Origin: an uncultured Dehalococcoidia bacterium | GTDB taxonomy: Bacteria; Chloroflexota; Dehalococcoidia; Tepidiformales; Tepidiformaceae | DNA: 48,783 bases | Reading direction: 5' to 3' | Assembly (NCBI GenBank): GCA_963933025.1 | Contig: CAWVTC010000001.1 | Span: 1-48,783 of the forward strand | The notes under the pieces: generated by a model | The model's database searches: none | Seen by the model: the letters and a program-made list of their open reading frames with translations, nothing else | Told to the model about the DNA's origin: nothing | Part shown: positions 24,333 to 34,344 of the stretch, one piece after another | Layout: each line of letters begins with the position of its first letter | How positions within the stretch are numbered: position 1 is the stretch's first letter | Made by a program: the position numbers and the translations under genes

Positions 24333-25262
24333 TTATTCAAAAACTTTCTTTAGCTCTTGAGAGGCACTATCAATCGCTGCTTTAGCATCATCTAAAACTT
24401 CACTCATACCAAAAAAACCATGGGTCATACCGTCATAGCATTTTGAAACAGTGGGAACACCTGCATCCCTCAGCCTTGAAGCATAAGCATTTCCTTCATC
24501 TCTCAAAGGATCATATTCTGCAGTTATCACATGCGCATTGGGCAACCCACTTAAATCATCTGCTATAAGTGGTGAAGCGTACGGATCGTTTGGGTTTCCA
24601 TTTGGTCCAATATAGTGATCCCAAAACCATCGCATTGACTTAGTGGTTAAAAGATAGCCTTCAGCATTATCCCGATATGAATCACTTGTAAAGTCCATCG
24701 AAGTAACAGGATATACGAGAAGCTGATGACTAATCTCTACTGTACCTTCATCACGTGCACGCAAGGCAACTGCAGCTGCAAGGTTTCCACCGGCAGAATC
24801 ACCACCAACTGCAATTCGATTAGCATCTCCACCAATCTCAGAGGCATTCTGTGCAGCCCATAAGGTAGCGGCATAACAATCATCCATTGCAGCTGGATAA
24901 CGATGCTCTGGTGCAAGTCGATAATCAACAGATACAACAATGACTCCAGATCTATGCGCCAAGGCACGAGCCGTTGGATCTGCCATTTCAAGATCGCCAA
25001 GAACCCAACCACCACCATGAAACCATACTAGAATTGGCAAACCAGATTCAGAATTTGGCCTATATATACGTACAGGCACATCACCGTCCGGACCAGGAAA
25101 TGTGCAGTCTATACTTTCTGCAACAGGATCTGGGTTCGAAGGCGGTAAACGACGAGCTGCAGATGCAGCCCGAGCATCCTCAGCTGATTGCTCCCATAAT
25201 GGAGGAAGGTTGAGGCTTGCCATTTGATCAAGAATCATTTTCGCTTGTGGATTAAGTGGCAT
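24333..25262 (-). CDS. alpha/beta hydrolase, hormone-sensitive-lipase-type esterase
   Basis: It has the HGGGW oxyanion motif, the nucleophile elbow GDSAGG, and a C-terminal D...H. Confidence 0.8.
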   Translation of the reverse strand: MPLNPQAKMILDQMASLNLPPLWEQSAEDARAASAARRLPPSNPDPVAESIDCTFPGPDGDVPVRIYRPNSESGLPILVWFHGGGWVLGDLEMADPTARALAHRSGVIVVSVDYRLAPEHRYPAAMDDCYAATLWAAQNASEIGGDANRIAVGGDSAGGNLAAAVALRARDEGTVEISHQLLVYPVTSMDFTSDSYRDNAEGYLLTTKSMRWFWDHYIGPNGNPNDPYASPLIADDLSGLPNAHVITAEYDPLRDEGNAYASRLRDAGVPTVSKCYDGMTHGFFGMSEVLDDAKAAIDSASQELKKVFE

Positions 25263-25297
25263 GTTCGGATCCTTTCTTAATTATGATGCAATAGATG

Positions 25298-26125
25298 CTA
25301 ATGCTGAACAGCATTACCACCACATACATTGATAGATTGACCAGTAATCCATGAACCTTGATCACTGCATAAATACACTGCCTGATACCCAATATCTTCA
25401 CCTGTACCAGCACGACCTATCGGGATACGTGCAGCACGCTCATCAAAATTAGGATCATCAAACACATCATCCATGCGTGAAGTATCTACTAGGCCAGGAC
25501 AAATAGTATTTACCCTCACTCCATATCGACCAATTTCTTGTGCCATTGAAGCTGTTAAACCTTGCACTGCAGCTTTACTGGCTACATAAGCAGACATGTT
25601 CGGACCAAGAATTTTCCCTGCAATTGAAGAAATATTCACAATTGCACCTCCATTGTCAGCCTCAATCAAATGCTTTCCAAAAATACGGGACATTAAAAAG
25701 GTGCCCCGCAGATTAACATTAAGAACGGTATCCCATTGCTCGATTGGCATATCTACAACCGGAACTCGATCTTCACCTCGAGCTGCGCCTGCATTATTAA
25801 CAATGAAATCACAACTACCAAACTCCGCAATTGTTGCTGCCAGAAGGTCTTGGACAGATCCTTCATCAGCAACATTACTTACTAGTGGAAGTGCCTTTTT
25901 CCCCACAGCACGAATTTCATCAGCAACAGATTCAATGTCTCTCCATCCAGCTGCTTTTTCAGCATCGGGATAACGATCGGGTGAACGACCAGTTCCAGTA
26001 ATTACAACATCGCAACCAGCTTTCGCCATTTCTAAAGCGATCGAACGTCCAATTGAACGCATACGACCAGCTCCAGTAACAACAGCAACTTTTCCTTCAA
26101 GTCCAGTAAGTTCAAGAGTAGACAT
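25298..26125 (-). CDS. SDR-family oxidoreductase (FabG-like)
   Basis: It has GKVAVVTGAGRMRSIG, NNAG and SAYVASKAA. ATG 26125 is preceded by GAGGAA; the track uses GTG 26140. Confidence 0.85.
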   Translation of the reverse strand: MSTLELTGLEGKVAVVTGAGRMRSIGRSIALEMAKAGCDVVITGTGRSPDRYPDAEKAAGWRDIESVADEIRAVGKKALPLVSNVADEGSVQDLLAATIAEFGSCDFIVNNAGAARGEDRVPVVDMPIEQWDTVLNVNLRGTFLMSRIFGKHLIEADNGGAIVNISSIAGKILGPNMSAYVASKAAVQGLTASMAQEIGRYGVRVNTICPGLVDTSRMDDVFDDPNFDERAARIPIGRAGTGEDIGYQAVYLCSDQGSWITGQSINVCGGNAVQH

Positions 26126-26256
26126 ATAAAATTTCCTCACATAAATTTATTGATATATGGAAACTATGCACTTGAAATGGATGTCTCTCAAGTCCTTATC
26201 AATTTTGAAAGAGATGAAGTAGTCTAACTTTGTTAAAACATTCCGAGGAATATCCA

Positions 26257-27429
26257 ATGGCAGCCGAACCTTTCACTATCACAATTGAAGATGATGTTCT
26301 AGATGATCTAAGAGCACGATTGAAACAAACTCGCTGGGCATCAGACTTCGGTAATGATGACTGGAGATACGGGACAAACGAAGAATACCTTCGGGAATTT
26401 GTTGATTATTGGCTTAACGATTATGACTGGCGAGAGCAAGAACAAAAAATGAATAGCTTTGCTAATTTTAAAACTGAGATCGATGGAGTGCCTATCCACT
26501 TTATTCATGAAAAAGGAAAGGGACCAAACCCTACGCCGTTAATTTTGACGCATGGTTGGCCTTGGACATTCTGGGACTTCAACGAGGTAATTCGTCCTCT
26601 GACAGATCCAGCTGCATTCGGTGGAGATCCTGAAGATGCTTTTGACGTAATAGTACCCTCACTACCTGGGTTTGGCTTTTCAACCCCATTGCGACAAACA
26701 GGAGTACAGCCAGTAAAAACAGCTGATTTATGGGTCAAGTTAATGCGCGATGTACTTAAGTATGATCAGTTCGGTGCACAAGGGGGTGACTGGGGATCAT
26801 TTGTAACCGCACAACTCGGACATAAATACCCTGAATATCTGATTGGCATTCATTTGAGTCTGCCTTGGTTACTTACCGACGGTGGTTTTAGACCAGCTTC
26901 TGCAGAGGATTATGGTCCAGGAGAGGAAGATTGGTTTGAACAAATGAATACAAGAATGCAATCAGCAGCTTCACATGTTGCAGTACATTCAAACGATCCA
27001 CAAACATTGGCATACGCAATTAATGATTCGCCTGTGGGTCTAGCAGCCTGGTTAATTGAACGACGTAGAAACTGGAGCGATTGCGATGGTGATGTAGAAA
27101 AAAGTTTCACAAAAGAACATCTTATTAACACAGTAATGATTTATTGGTTAACAGAGAGCTTTTCCACCAGCGTTCGCTATTATTGGGAAAATGCTCGAGC
27201 TCCCTGGGTCGCCTCTCACGATCGGAAACCAACAATAGAAACACCTACAGCAATTGCTGTTTTCCCACGCGAGTTAATTTTGATGCCAAGAAAATTGGCA
27301 GAGGAACGTACAAATCTTCACAGATGGACCTTAATGCCTTCTGGGGGACATTTTGCCCCTGCTGAGGAACCACAACTTCTAGTCGAAGACTTACAAGCTT
27401 TTTTTAGGACTCTCAAAAGTGCGAGGTGA
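26257..27429 (+). CDS. epoxide hydrolase (microsomal-type, with EHN N-terminal domain)
   Basis: The N-terminal pattern is FTITIEDDVLDDLRARLKQTRWA...IDGVPIHFIHEKG. It has HGWPWTFWDF and GGDWGS around the nucleophile. Confidence 0.8.
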   Translation: MAAEPFTITIEDDVLDDLRARLKQTRWASDFGNDDWRYGTNEEYLREFVDYWLNDYDWREQEQKMNSFANFKTEIDGVPIHFIHEKGKGPNPTPLILTHGWPWTFWDFNEVIRPLTDPAAFGGDPEDAFDVIVPSLPGFGFSTPLRQTGVQPVKTADLWVKLMRDVLKYDQFGAQGGDWGSFVTAQLGHKYPEYLIGIHLSLPWLLTDGGFRPASAEDYGPGEEDWFEQMNTRMQSAASHVAVHSNDPQTLAYAINDSPVGLAAWLIERRRNWSDCDGDVEKSFTKEHLINTVMIYWLTESFSTSVRYYWENARAPWVASHDRKPTIETPTAIAVFPRELILMPRKLAEERTNLHRWTLMPSGGHFAPAEEPQLLVEDLQAFFRTLKSAR

Positions 27430-28498
27430 CCACTTCGGCTGGACAACTGTAACAATTGCAATTTGTTTCATCACTGTAATTACTTCTACTAGCCTACTGG
27501 CATGCGTTAGAAAATCAGCCGCTCCTACTTCTACCTCTACTTCTACCTCTACTTCTACCCCTACCTCTACTTCTACCCCTACCTCTACTCTTACCCCTAC
27601 CCCTACCTCTACTCCTACCCCTACTACTCCTACTCCTACCCCTACCTCTACTCCTACTCCTACTCCTACTCCTACTGCACAACAATTAGAAACGCTTAAG
27701 AAAAAACAACAATGTTCAGTTGCTGAACTTAAACTTTGGGAATTAGGCAAATCGATTGAGACGACAATGTCTACTTATGGAGATGACCCGTATAACGGAA
27801 GTTATAGCTTCGCACTGATCGATACATACTGCTCTCAAGCTCTAACCATCAATCCTGAACGATTACAATATCCAGCTTCTGCAGCAAAGATAGTAATTGC
27901 TATCGCTGTTTTACATGCAGTTGAAACAGAAAAACTAGCCTTGGAAGAAATTCAAGAAGATCTTGAAATTATGATGCGTAAGTCTATGGATATAAACTCG
28001 GATGCGTTAAATGATTTGGTCACCCCTGTACAAGTTCAAGAAATTATTCAAAAAGCAAACCTATCACCTTTAACAAGGTTCTTTCATAGCTGGCGCGAAA
28101 CGGCAATGACAGCACATGATTTGGCACTTATCTGGGAATCCTTAGTTTCGGGAAAGCTTCTCAATAAAACACTGACAGCCTACCTTATGGATTTAACTAC
28201 ACAAGCAATTATTCCCGAAGCCTTTATGACTTTCCCAAGCGGCAAGATCGAAGGTTTTGAATACGGGCAAAAAGCCGGTTACTGGATCAACGCTGAAGGT
28301 GATGAAAGGTTAATTGGCTCAGGATATTTGATAGAACAAGGTAATCCAAACAAAGCATATAGCATTGTTTTCATGACACAAGGAGACGAAGCTGATGACC
28401 TTTGGGATAGGTCAAAACTGGCAGCATCACCAAGACACGGGGTTTGGCCATTGATCCTTGAATTTGTAACCGGGCAAGTGCAAGCTCCAACGAACTAG
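27419..28498 (+). CDS. lipoprotein with Thr/Pro/Ser linker and class-A beta-lactamase-like serine hydrolase domain
   Basis: It has a GTG start, a signal peptide with the lipobox LLAC, a ~50-aa TSTSTPT linker, and the S-x-x-K motif PASAAKIVIAIAVL. Confidence 0.6.
   Translation: MRGDHFGWTTVTIAICFITVITSTSLLACVRKSAAPTSTSTSTSTSTPTSTSTPTSTLTPTPTSTPTPTTPTPTPTSTPTPTPTPTAQQLETLKKKQQCSVAELKLWELGKSIETTMSTYGDDPYNGSYSFALIDTYCSQALTINPERLQYPASAAKIVIAIAVLHAVETEKLALEEIQEDLEIMMRKSMDINSDALNDLVTPVQVQEIIQKANLSPLTRFFHSWRETAMTAHDLALIWESLVSGKLLNKTLTAYLMDLTTQAIIPEAFMTFPSGKIEGFEYGQKAGYWINAEGDERLIGSGYLIEQGNPNKAYSIVFMTQGDEADDLWDRSKLAASPRHGVWPLILEFVTGQVQAPTN
27521..27677. repeat. coding microsatellite-like ACT/CCT/TCT triplet tract (Thr-Pro-Ser linker)
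   Basis: The tract is CCTACTTCTACCTCTACTTCTACC... repeated with variants. It generates the spurious antisense ORF 27391-27750. Confidence 0.9.
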
Positions 28499-29478
28499 TT
28501 GAAATTAATATCTGCCAAAGTTAACGATCCTGGTGAAATACCCTCACGAGCTAAACGTTCAACCGTTTCCTGAAGAGCAAGATTCACAGGTGTGGCAATA
28601 CCAAATAATCGTCCAAGCATTACAATTTCCCCATTGAGATAGCTAGCTTCCACGCTTCCTGTTCCACGTTTCAAGCTCTGCCATGATGAAGAACCTTGTC
28701 TTGCAGCTGCTCCTTCACGACTAACAGCACTGAAAGTTTTAAATCTTTCTAAAAATGCTTCATCACTAACACGATCGATGCCAGCAGCCGCAAGACAAGC
28801 ATCACCTTCTTCACGCGCCCTTTGAAGAAGTGTACTGAAATCTTGTCGGATCTCAGCATCCACATCACCTTCAAGTCCAAGAATTGCATCTACTGCATTA
28901 AATAAATTTCGTATTAATTTTGTGTACTTCCACGGCATAATCTCCTGACGTGCCTCAGAACGGAATGAAGCATCCCTAAGATCAGAGGCAACTCCCTTAC
29001 AGATATCGTCCACTCCATTTGGGAAACGACCAAGATCAAGAATCCCTGTAATTGGCGCACTACTCGCTACCACTTCTCCTGGTTCAAGATGACTCACGGG
29101 AAGAACAACCAACATGCCATAAACATTTTGAAAATAACGGATTGCTAACCGCTCATTGTTAACACCATTTTGAGCACAAACAATTGGGGTTTCCGGGCTT
29201 GCCACAGAAGAAAGAACATCGAGAGCTTCCTGTGTATCCTGAGATTTCATACACAGTATGACAACATCATCAGCAGAAATTGCACTCTCCATTGGAGATT
29301 CAATAACAGGAATTTTGAGGTTGTGTTCTTTTTCCGGATCTATAAAAGAAAGACCTTTCTCCCGTATCACTTCAAGATGTTTTCCTCTAGCTATAAGTGT
29401 CACCTCACAGCCAATAAGGTGCAGGCGTGCACCTATAGTTCCTCCTACCGCACCTGAGCCATAGATGAAATACCGCAT
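28495..29478 (-). CDS. panE: 2-dehydropantoate 2-reductase (ketopantoate reductase family)
   Basis: The Rossmann N-terminus is MRYFIYGSGAVGGTIGARL, from ATG 29478. The longer track ORF would overlap DUF3500 by 116 nt. Confidence 0.75.
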   Translation of the reverse strand: MRYFIYGSGAVGGTIGARLHLIGCEVTLIARGKHLEVIREKGLSFIDPEKEHNLKIPVIESPMESAISADDVVILCMKSQDTQEALDVLSSVASPETPIVCAQNGVNNERLAIRYFQNVYGMLVVLPVSHLEPGEVVASSAPITGILDLGRFPNGVDDICKGVASDLRDASFRSEARQEIMPWKYTKLIRNLFNAVDAILGLEGDVDAEIRQDFSTLLQRAREEGDACLAAAGIDRVSDEAFLERFKTFSAVSREGAAARQGSSSWQSLKRGTGSVEASYLNGEIVMLGRLFGIATPVNLALQETVERLAREGISPGSLTLADINFN

Positions 29479-29479
29479 A

Positions 29480-30619
29480 TTAGGAATCAGAATGACTTGC
29501 AGCATAATGTGCTGCCAAAAGATCTGAACCGAAATCACCCCTTGGATCACGCCAAACAGAGTGGATATGATTTGCTTGACCCTGTGTACAGTCATATTCG
29601 ACTAAGAAACGAGGCGCTTGTAGCCGGTAATAATGTGGATCATACCTTTCGGAACCACCCGCCCAAGCAAAGTAAACTTCATTGATTACCTCATTCGTAA
29701 GCCTAGCAAACTCCTCTGAAGCCAACTCCTCAGGTAATCGATTTATATATTGGGAAACAAGTGCTTCAAGCAAATCAAGTTGACCTTGGCTAAACTCAGA
29801 AGCGGGAATACCCTTAGGAATCTCACTGTATCTGATAGCTTCTTCTGCAACCTCGTCATAACCCAAATAATCTCTTTCAGCCTGCAATCGTTCTCGCCAA
29901 ATTTCATCAATTTCCCAACCTAGCAACGCAGGAGTTGGCAGTGGCAAAACACCATTCTCAACCTGAGAGCGATTAGACTGCACAAGGTCAGGAGGAGCTG
30001 CAGAGGAAATTATTGCGTGTTTCTGCTGAACCTGATCAAGTGAATGAAGTAGTTCACGTGCAAGATCTTCTTCACCAGCAAGAGGGCGCAAAACACGGCC
30101 ACCTGGTAACGGAGACTCAGCAGGATTTGCACCAAAAAATGATGGAGTTGGTGAAATAATTTGATTTTTTGCAATAGTATAATTCAACGAAACATGATGT
30201 CCCTCAAAACGCCAACCCCAAAGATCTTTAGAATTGGGTTCACCAAAAATAGTTAAGAAATACATCGCAGGATCACGCCACCGGGAAGGGCCCTCTTGGC
30301 CTGGATAAGCTCCTGGTCTCCATCCTTCAACAGCATCAAGAGTATTTTCCAAACCAACAATCGTACTGACAGCTACAGAAGCGGACAAGCTTAGCCCTGT
30401 TCCTGTCAACCTATGAGCAAGACGCCTTTGCTCACCATTCATCTCATCAAGTGGTAGACCTCGGCGTGCAATAGGAGTGTAGTGCCAATTTTTACGTTCC
30501 TCAGTATCATCAAAACTTACAACTGCTTTTGCTCGCTGCTGTGACGATAGGCTATTAAGAAAATCAAGGGCAGCTTCACCCATTTTTTCAGCAATGTTTG
30601 GGGCATTGGTCTCAGGCAT
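29480..30619 (-). CDS. DUF3500-family protein
   Basis: 379 aa. The pattern is WHYTPIARRGLPLDEMNGEQRRLAHRLTGTGLS and EGHHVSLNYT. There is a 1-nt gap to panE. Confidence 0.5.
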   Translation of the reverse strand: MPETNAPNIAEKMGEAALDFLNSLSSQQRAKAVVSFDDTEERKNWHYTPIARRGLPLDEMNGEQRRLAHRLTGTGLSLSASVAVSTIVGLENTLDAVEGWRPGAYPGQEGPSRWRDPAMYFLTIFGEPNSKDLWGWRFEGHHVSLNYTIAKNQIISPTPSFFGANPAESPLPGGRVLRPLAGEEDLARELLHSLDQVQQKHAIISSAAPPDLVQSNRSQVENGVLPLPTPALLGWEIDEIWRERLQAERDYLGYDEVAEEAIRYSEIPKGIPASEFSQGQLDLLEALVSQYINRLPEELASEEFARLTNEVINEVYFAWAGGSERYDPHYYRLQAPRFLVEYDCTQGQANHIHSVWRDPRGDFGSDLLAAHYAASHSDS

Positions 30620-30739
30620 GTACGCTCCTTAATACATTAGATTACGCTTATTGGAAAAAAGGTGTAGGGAAATTAAAAAAAGTCCCACCTACCAGAATAT
30701 ACACATGCTAAACTGACGAACATATATAGGAGCAAACCC

Positions 30740-32890
30740 ATGGCTGTAGAAACTAAAAAATCATTCTGTCGATTCTGTCACGCATTTTGTGCACTGGAAG
30801 TAGACGTTGAAGATAACAAAGTTATCGAGGTAAGAGGAGATTCAAGCGATCCCATATATGGTGGCTACACATGTATTAAAGGACGACAACTGCCACAAGA
30901 ACACAACCACGAAGAACGCTTACGTTCTTCTATGAAACGAATGCCTGATGGAACTTATGAGCCTATCTCTAGTGAGCAGGCGCTAGATGAGATAGCTGAA
31001 AAATTGACTGCAATCATAGATGATTCAGGAACCCGTTCTGTAGCTACGTACAATGGTAGTCATGCCTTTTGTAACGGAATCCCCTTATCTTTCATAAGGG
31101 CTTGGCATGCCGGAGTAAAATCTCCGATGTTTTTTACGAGCGTCACTATAGATCAACCAGCAAAAGCAATTGCAGCTTCACGCCACGGAACGTGGATGGG
31201 CGGATCAAATAATTTTGCTGATGCAGACGTAACTATGATGGTTGGAACTAATCCGGTTGTATCTATGTTTGGCCCCGTACCGCCATTTAACCCATCAAGG
31301 CGACTAAACGATGCCTTGGACCGTGGTATGAAATTAATTGTTATCGATCCCCGAAAATCCGACGTCGCTAAGCGAGCAGATTTGCATCTTGCCGTAAAGC
31401 CAGGAGAGGATGCTACCTTACTATCTGGAATTTTAAGAGTTATCTTTACAGAAGGTCTGTATGACGGTGATTTTCTTGCTGCTAATGCGGATCATGTTGA
31501 AGAGTTAAGAACGTCAGTTGATCCTTTCGATCTGGATTATGTTGAGGAAAGGACAGGTGTTCCAGCAGGACAAGTAGAAGCTGCCGCAAGAATGTTTGCT
31601 TCAGGCCCTAAGGGTTCAGTCGGTTCAGGAACGGGACTAGATATGGGACCAAATCCGAATCTTTCCGAACACTTGATTCATACTTTAAATACAGTCTGTG
31701 GTCGTTACCAGCGAGAAGGTGACCTTGTAACAAACCCGGGCGCATTCGGTCCAAAACGACCATTCCGGGCAGAAGCAAACCCACCAAACCCAGCTTGGGG
31801 AAAAGGGGAGCCTTCTAGGATCAGAGGTCTTGGTGAAGTTTTTGGCGAAATGCCAACAGCCGCATTAAGTGATGAAATTATCATGGAAGGTGAAGGTCAA
31901 GTTCGAGCCTTAATTAGCGTAGGCGGAAACCCAGTAGCTGCCTGGCCAGATCAGTTAAAAACACTGCAGGCCATGGAGTCTCTTGACCTAAACGTGACTA
32001 TAGATATCAAAATGTCCGCAACAGCCAAAACAGCGGACTATGTAATCGCACCAAAAGTGTCTCTGGAAAGACCAGATATCACTCTGCTAACTGATGGTTG
32101 GTACCCAGAAACATACGCTCACTACACCCCAGCAATGGTCGAGCCTGAATTTGATGTTATTGAGGAATGGGAGTTTTTCTGGGGTTTGGCACACAGAATG
32201 GGAACATCTATCAACATCAATGGCATCGAATTAGATATGGAAAATAAACCTTCGACAGACGATGTTTTAGATGCCATTACAACCAACTCACGAATTCCAC
32301 TAGATGAAATTCGTGAAGCTGATGGTGGGACTGTCTTCCGTGACAAAGAAAAAGTATTTGTTGAGGCAAAGGAAACCGGAAACAATGCTCGATTAGACGT
32401 TGCCCCATCAGATTTGATGGAAGAACTCGCAAGTGTACGAGAAATGCAAATTATTGAAGGTGCAGGATACCGTGAAGGAGACCGATTTACACACCGTCTT
32501 ATTAGTAGACGTTTACGTGAATTTTACAATTCTTCAGGACGTGATCTTCCGCGATCACTAGCAAAATACCACACTAATCCTGCATTCCTAAACCCTATTG
32601 ATGCGGAAGAAATCGGTGCATCCGATGGTGACATAATTGATATAACATCAGAAAGATCAACAATTCTTGGAGTTGTTGCTATCTCAACTGACATACCCTC
32701 TGGTGTAATTTCAATGTCTCACTCATGGGGTGATGTCCCTGCATTAGATGACCAAGTTCGAACCATTGGATCTAGTACAAATCGCCTAGTCAATAATGAA
32801 AAGGACTTTGATCCGATTACAGGAATGGCTCGACAAACGGCTATTCCTGTGAACATCGAGCTTTCAAAGAAAGTAATACCAATTAGTTAA
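30740..32890 (+). CDS. molybdopterin-dependent oxidoreductase (MopB superfamily catalytic subunit)
   Basis: The N-terminal [4Fe-4S] motif is CRFCHAFCALEV...YTCIKG. It is 716 aa with a C-terminal molybdopterin dinucleotide-binding-type domain. There is no in-frame stop. Confidence 0.8.
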   Translation: MAVETKKSFCRFCHAFCALEVDVEDNKVIEVRGDSSDPIYGGYTCIKGRQLPQEHNHEERLRSSMKRMPDGTYEPISSEQALDEIAEKLTAIIDDSGTRSVATYNGSHAFCNGIPLSFIRAWHAGVKSPMFFTSVTIDQPAKAIAASRHGTWMGGSNNFADADVTMMVGTNPVVSMFGPVPPFNPSRRLNDALDRGMKLIVIDPRKSDVAKRADLHLAVKPGEDATLLSGILRVIFTEGLYDGDFLAANADHVEELRTSVDPFDLDYVEERTGVPAGQVEAAARMFASGPKGSVGSGTGLDMGPNPNLSEHLIHTLNTVCGRYQREGDLVTNPGAFGPKRPFRAEANPPNPAWGKGEPSRIRGLGEVFGEMPTAALSDEIIMEGEGQVRALISVGGNPVAAWPDQLKTLQAMESLDLNVTIDIKMSATAKTADYVIAPKVSLERPDITLLTDGWYPETYAHYTPAMVEPEFDVIEEWEFFWGLAHRMGTSININGIELDMENKPSTDDVLDAITTNSRIPLDEIREADGGTVFRDKEKVFVEAKETGNNARLDVAPSDLMEELASVREMQIIEGAGYREGDRFTHRLISRRLREFYNSSGRDLPRSLAKYHTNPAFLNPIDAEEIGASDGDIIDITSERSTILGVVAISTDIPSGVISMSHSWGDVPALDDQVRTIGSSTNRLVNNEKDFDPITGMARQTAIPVNIELSKKVIPIS

Positions 32891-32912
32891 TTGATCCGCT
32901 ACGGGAGCAACT

Positions 32913-33563
32913 ATGCAAACAACAGGTGACATTTGGGAAACGATTTATACTCAGCGTGCAATACGTGCGTGGAAAACAGATCCAGTTCCAGAAGAACTGA
33001 TATGGAAAGTTATTGAAGCTGGAACAAAAGCACCCAGTGGAACAAATACACAACCTTGGGGATTTGTCATAATTCAAGATGATGAAACAAGACAAACCAT
33101 TGCAGATCAACTTCATCAGGGCCTTAAGCAAAACCCTGGACTGCAGCAAATGCTTGAGCAAGGATCTCAAGCGGCGGACAAAACAACTCGTTTAATGCTC
33201 AAAGGAGCTCAACGACTTTTCACAAATCTTTCCTCTGCGCCAGTTTTTATTATCCCATGCTTGTATCAAGTCTCATCACCTGCACCTGAGGGTTTGCTAG
33301 CAGGATCTTCAATTTATGGTGCGGTACAAAATATGCTTTTGGCCGCTCGAGCTCTCGGACTAGGCACTGTTATGACAACGTTTCATGGTGCTGTGGAAGA
33401 AATACTGCGCGAACATTGCCAATTACCCGAAGATGCGACACCAGTTGCATTGATCCCAATGGGATATCCAGATGCAAACTTTGGTCCAACTACGCGAAAA
33501 GCTGTTCAAACTGTGACTCACTGGGAACAATGGGGATCAATGCAAGAAAGAACTCCGAGTTGA
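32913..33563 (+). CDS. nitroreductase-family flavoprotein
   Basis: It has IYTQRAIRAWKTDPVPEELIWKVIEAGTKAPSGTNTQPWGFVII and ALIPMGYPDANFGPTTRK. It lies 22 nt after the Mo-enzyme gene. Confidence 0.8.
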   Translation: MQTTGDIWETIYTQRAIRAWKTDPVPEELIWKVIEAGTKAPSGTNTQPWGFVIIQDDETRQTIADQLHQGLKQNPGLQQMLEQGSQAADKTTRLMLKGAQRLFTNLSSAPVFIIPCLYQVSSPAPEGLLAGSSIYGAVQNMLLAARALGLGTVMTTFHGAVEEILREHCQLPEDATPVALIPMGYPDANFGPTTRKAVQTVTHWEQWGSMQERTPS

Positions 33564-33569
33564 TCAAAC

Positions 33570-34340
33570 ATGGGAAACAATTTTGAAAAAGAGCGTCAAG
33601 CTTTTGCTAACTCTTGGGTTGTAGCAGGCCGCTTAGAAGATATACCTGGGCCAGGCCACTACTACACTTGGGAAAAAACACGTGTCCCCCTTTTAATTCT
33701 TCATGCAACCGATGGTGAAATTAGATCGTTTTATAATAGCTGTCGCCACCGAGGTGCACCTGTCGTACGAGTAGCGCGAGGAAGAAACCGAGCCCTACGA
33801 TGCCAGTATCATTCATGGACTTATGACACTACTGGTAAGTTAGTTTCCGTTCCTGATGAACGGGACTTTGTTGACCTTAAACGAGAGGATCGCAGTTTAG
33901 TACAAATTAAGGCGGAATCCATTGGCGGTTGGATTTTTGTAACTGAAAATTTGAATGCCCACTCCTTAACTGAAAGTCTAGGAGATGTAGCGGATAAACT
34001 CCTCGAAGATAGCAATCTACTTATAGCCAAACGTGAAACAAGACATGTGCAAAATAATTGGAAATCAATTCAGGATATCCTGAGCGATAACTTTACTTCC
34101 ACTAGTGATGAACTATCCCCTGCTGAACACAACCTGGACGAAGATTCTTACACAATCTTCCCGAACCTACTCCACGTCACCATTGAAAAACACGATGTAG
34201 TCCTTGTTACCTGGCCAATTGATGAAAACACCACAGAACTTGAAATTATATATTTAGCACCTCTACCCAAAATAGAAGATTCTGCATGGCAAAAAGAAAT
34301 ATCTTCCATCCAAAAAACCATCCAACAAGTAATCGAGTAA
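33570..34340 (+). CDS. Rieske [2Fe-2S] protein, truncated ring-hydroxylating-oxygenase alpha paralog lacking the mononuclear-iron ligands
   Basis: The Rieske ligands are C58-x-H60, then 17 residues, then C78-x-x-H81 (SCRHRGAPVVRVARGRNRALRCQYHSW). After the conserved NWK it reads SIQDILSDNFTSTSDE with no His. It is only 256 aa. Confidence 0.75.
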   Translation: MGNNFEKERQAFANSWVVAGRLEDIPGPGHYYTWEKTRVPLLILHATDGEIRSFYNSCRHRGAPVVRVARGRNRALRCQYHSWTYDTTGKLVSVPDERDFVDLKREDRSLVQIKAESIGGWIFVTENLNAHSLTESLGDVADKLLEDSNLLIAKRETRHVQNNWKSIQDILSDNFTSTSDELSPAEHNLDEDSYTIFPNLLHVTIEKHDVVLVTWPIDENTTELEIIYLAPLPKIEDSAWQKEISSIQKTIQQVIE

Positions 34341-34344
34341 AAGA

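Noticed and set aside
27391-27750. A 119-aa minus-strand ORF with a GVGVEVGV... repeat.
   Set aside because: It is the antisense reading of the Thr/Pro/Ser triplet-repeat linker of the plus-strand lipoprotein gene, and it overlaps the end of the epoxide hydrolase gene. It is a repeat-generated artefact.
30740-32890. The Mo-oxidoreductase as a selenocysteine-containing formate-dehydrogenase-type enzyme.
   Set aside because: The 716-codon frame is uninterrupted and there is no in-frame TGA. Nothing in the sequence supports Sec here.
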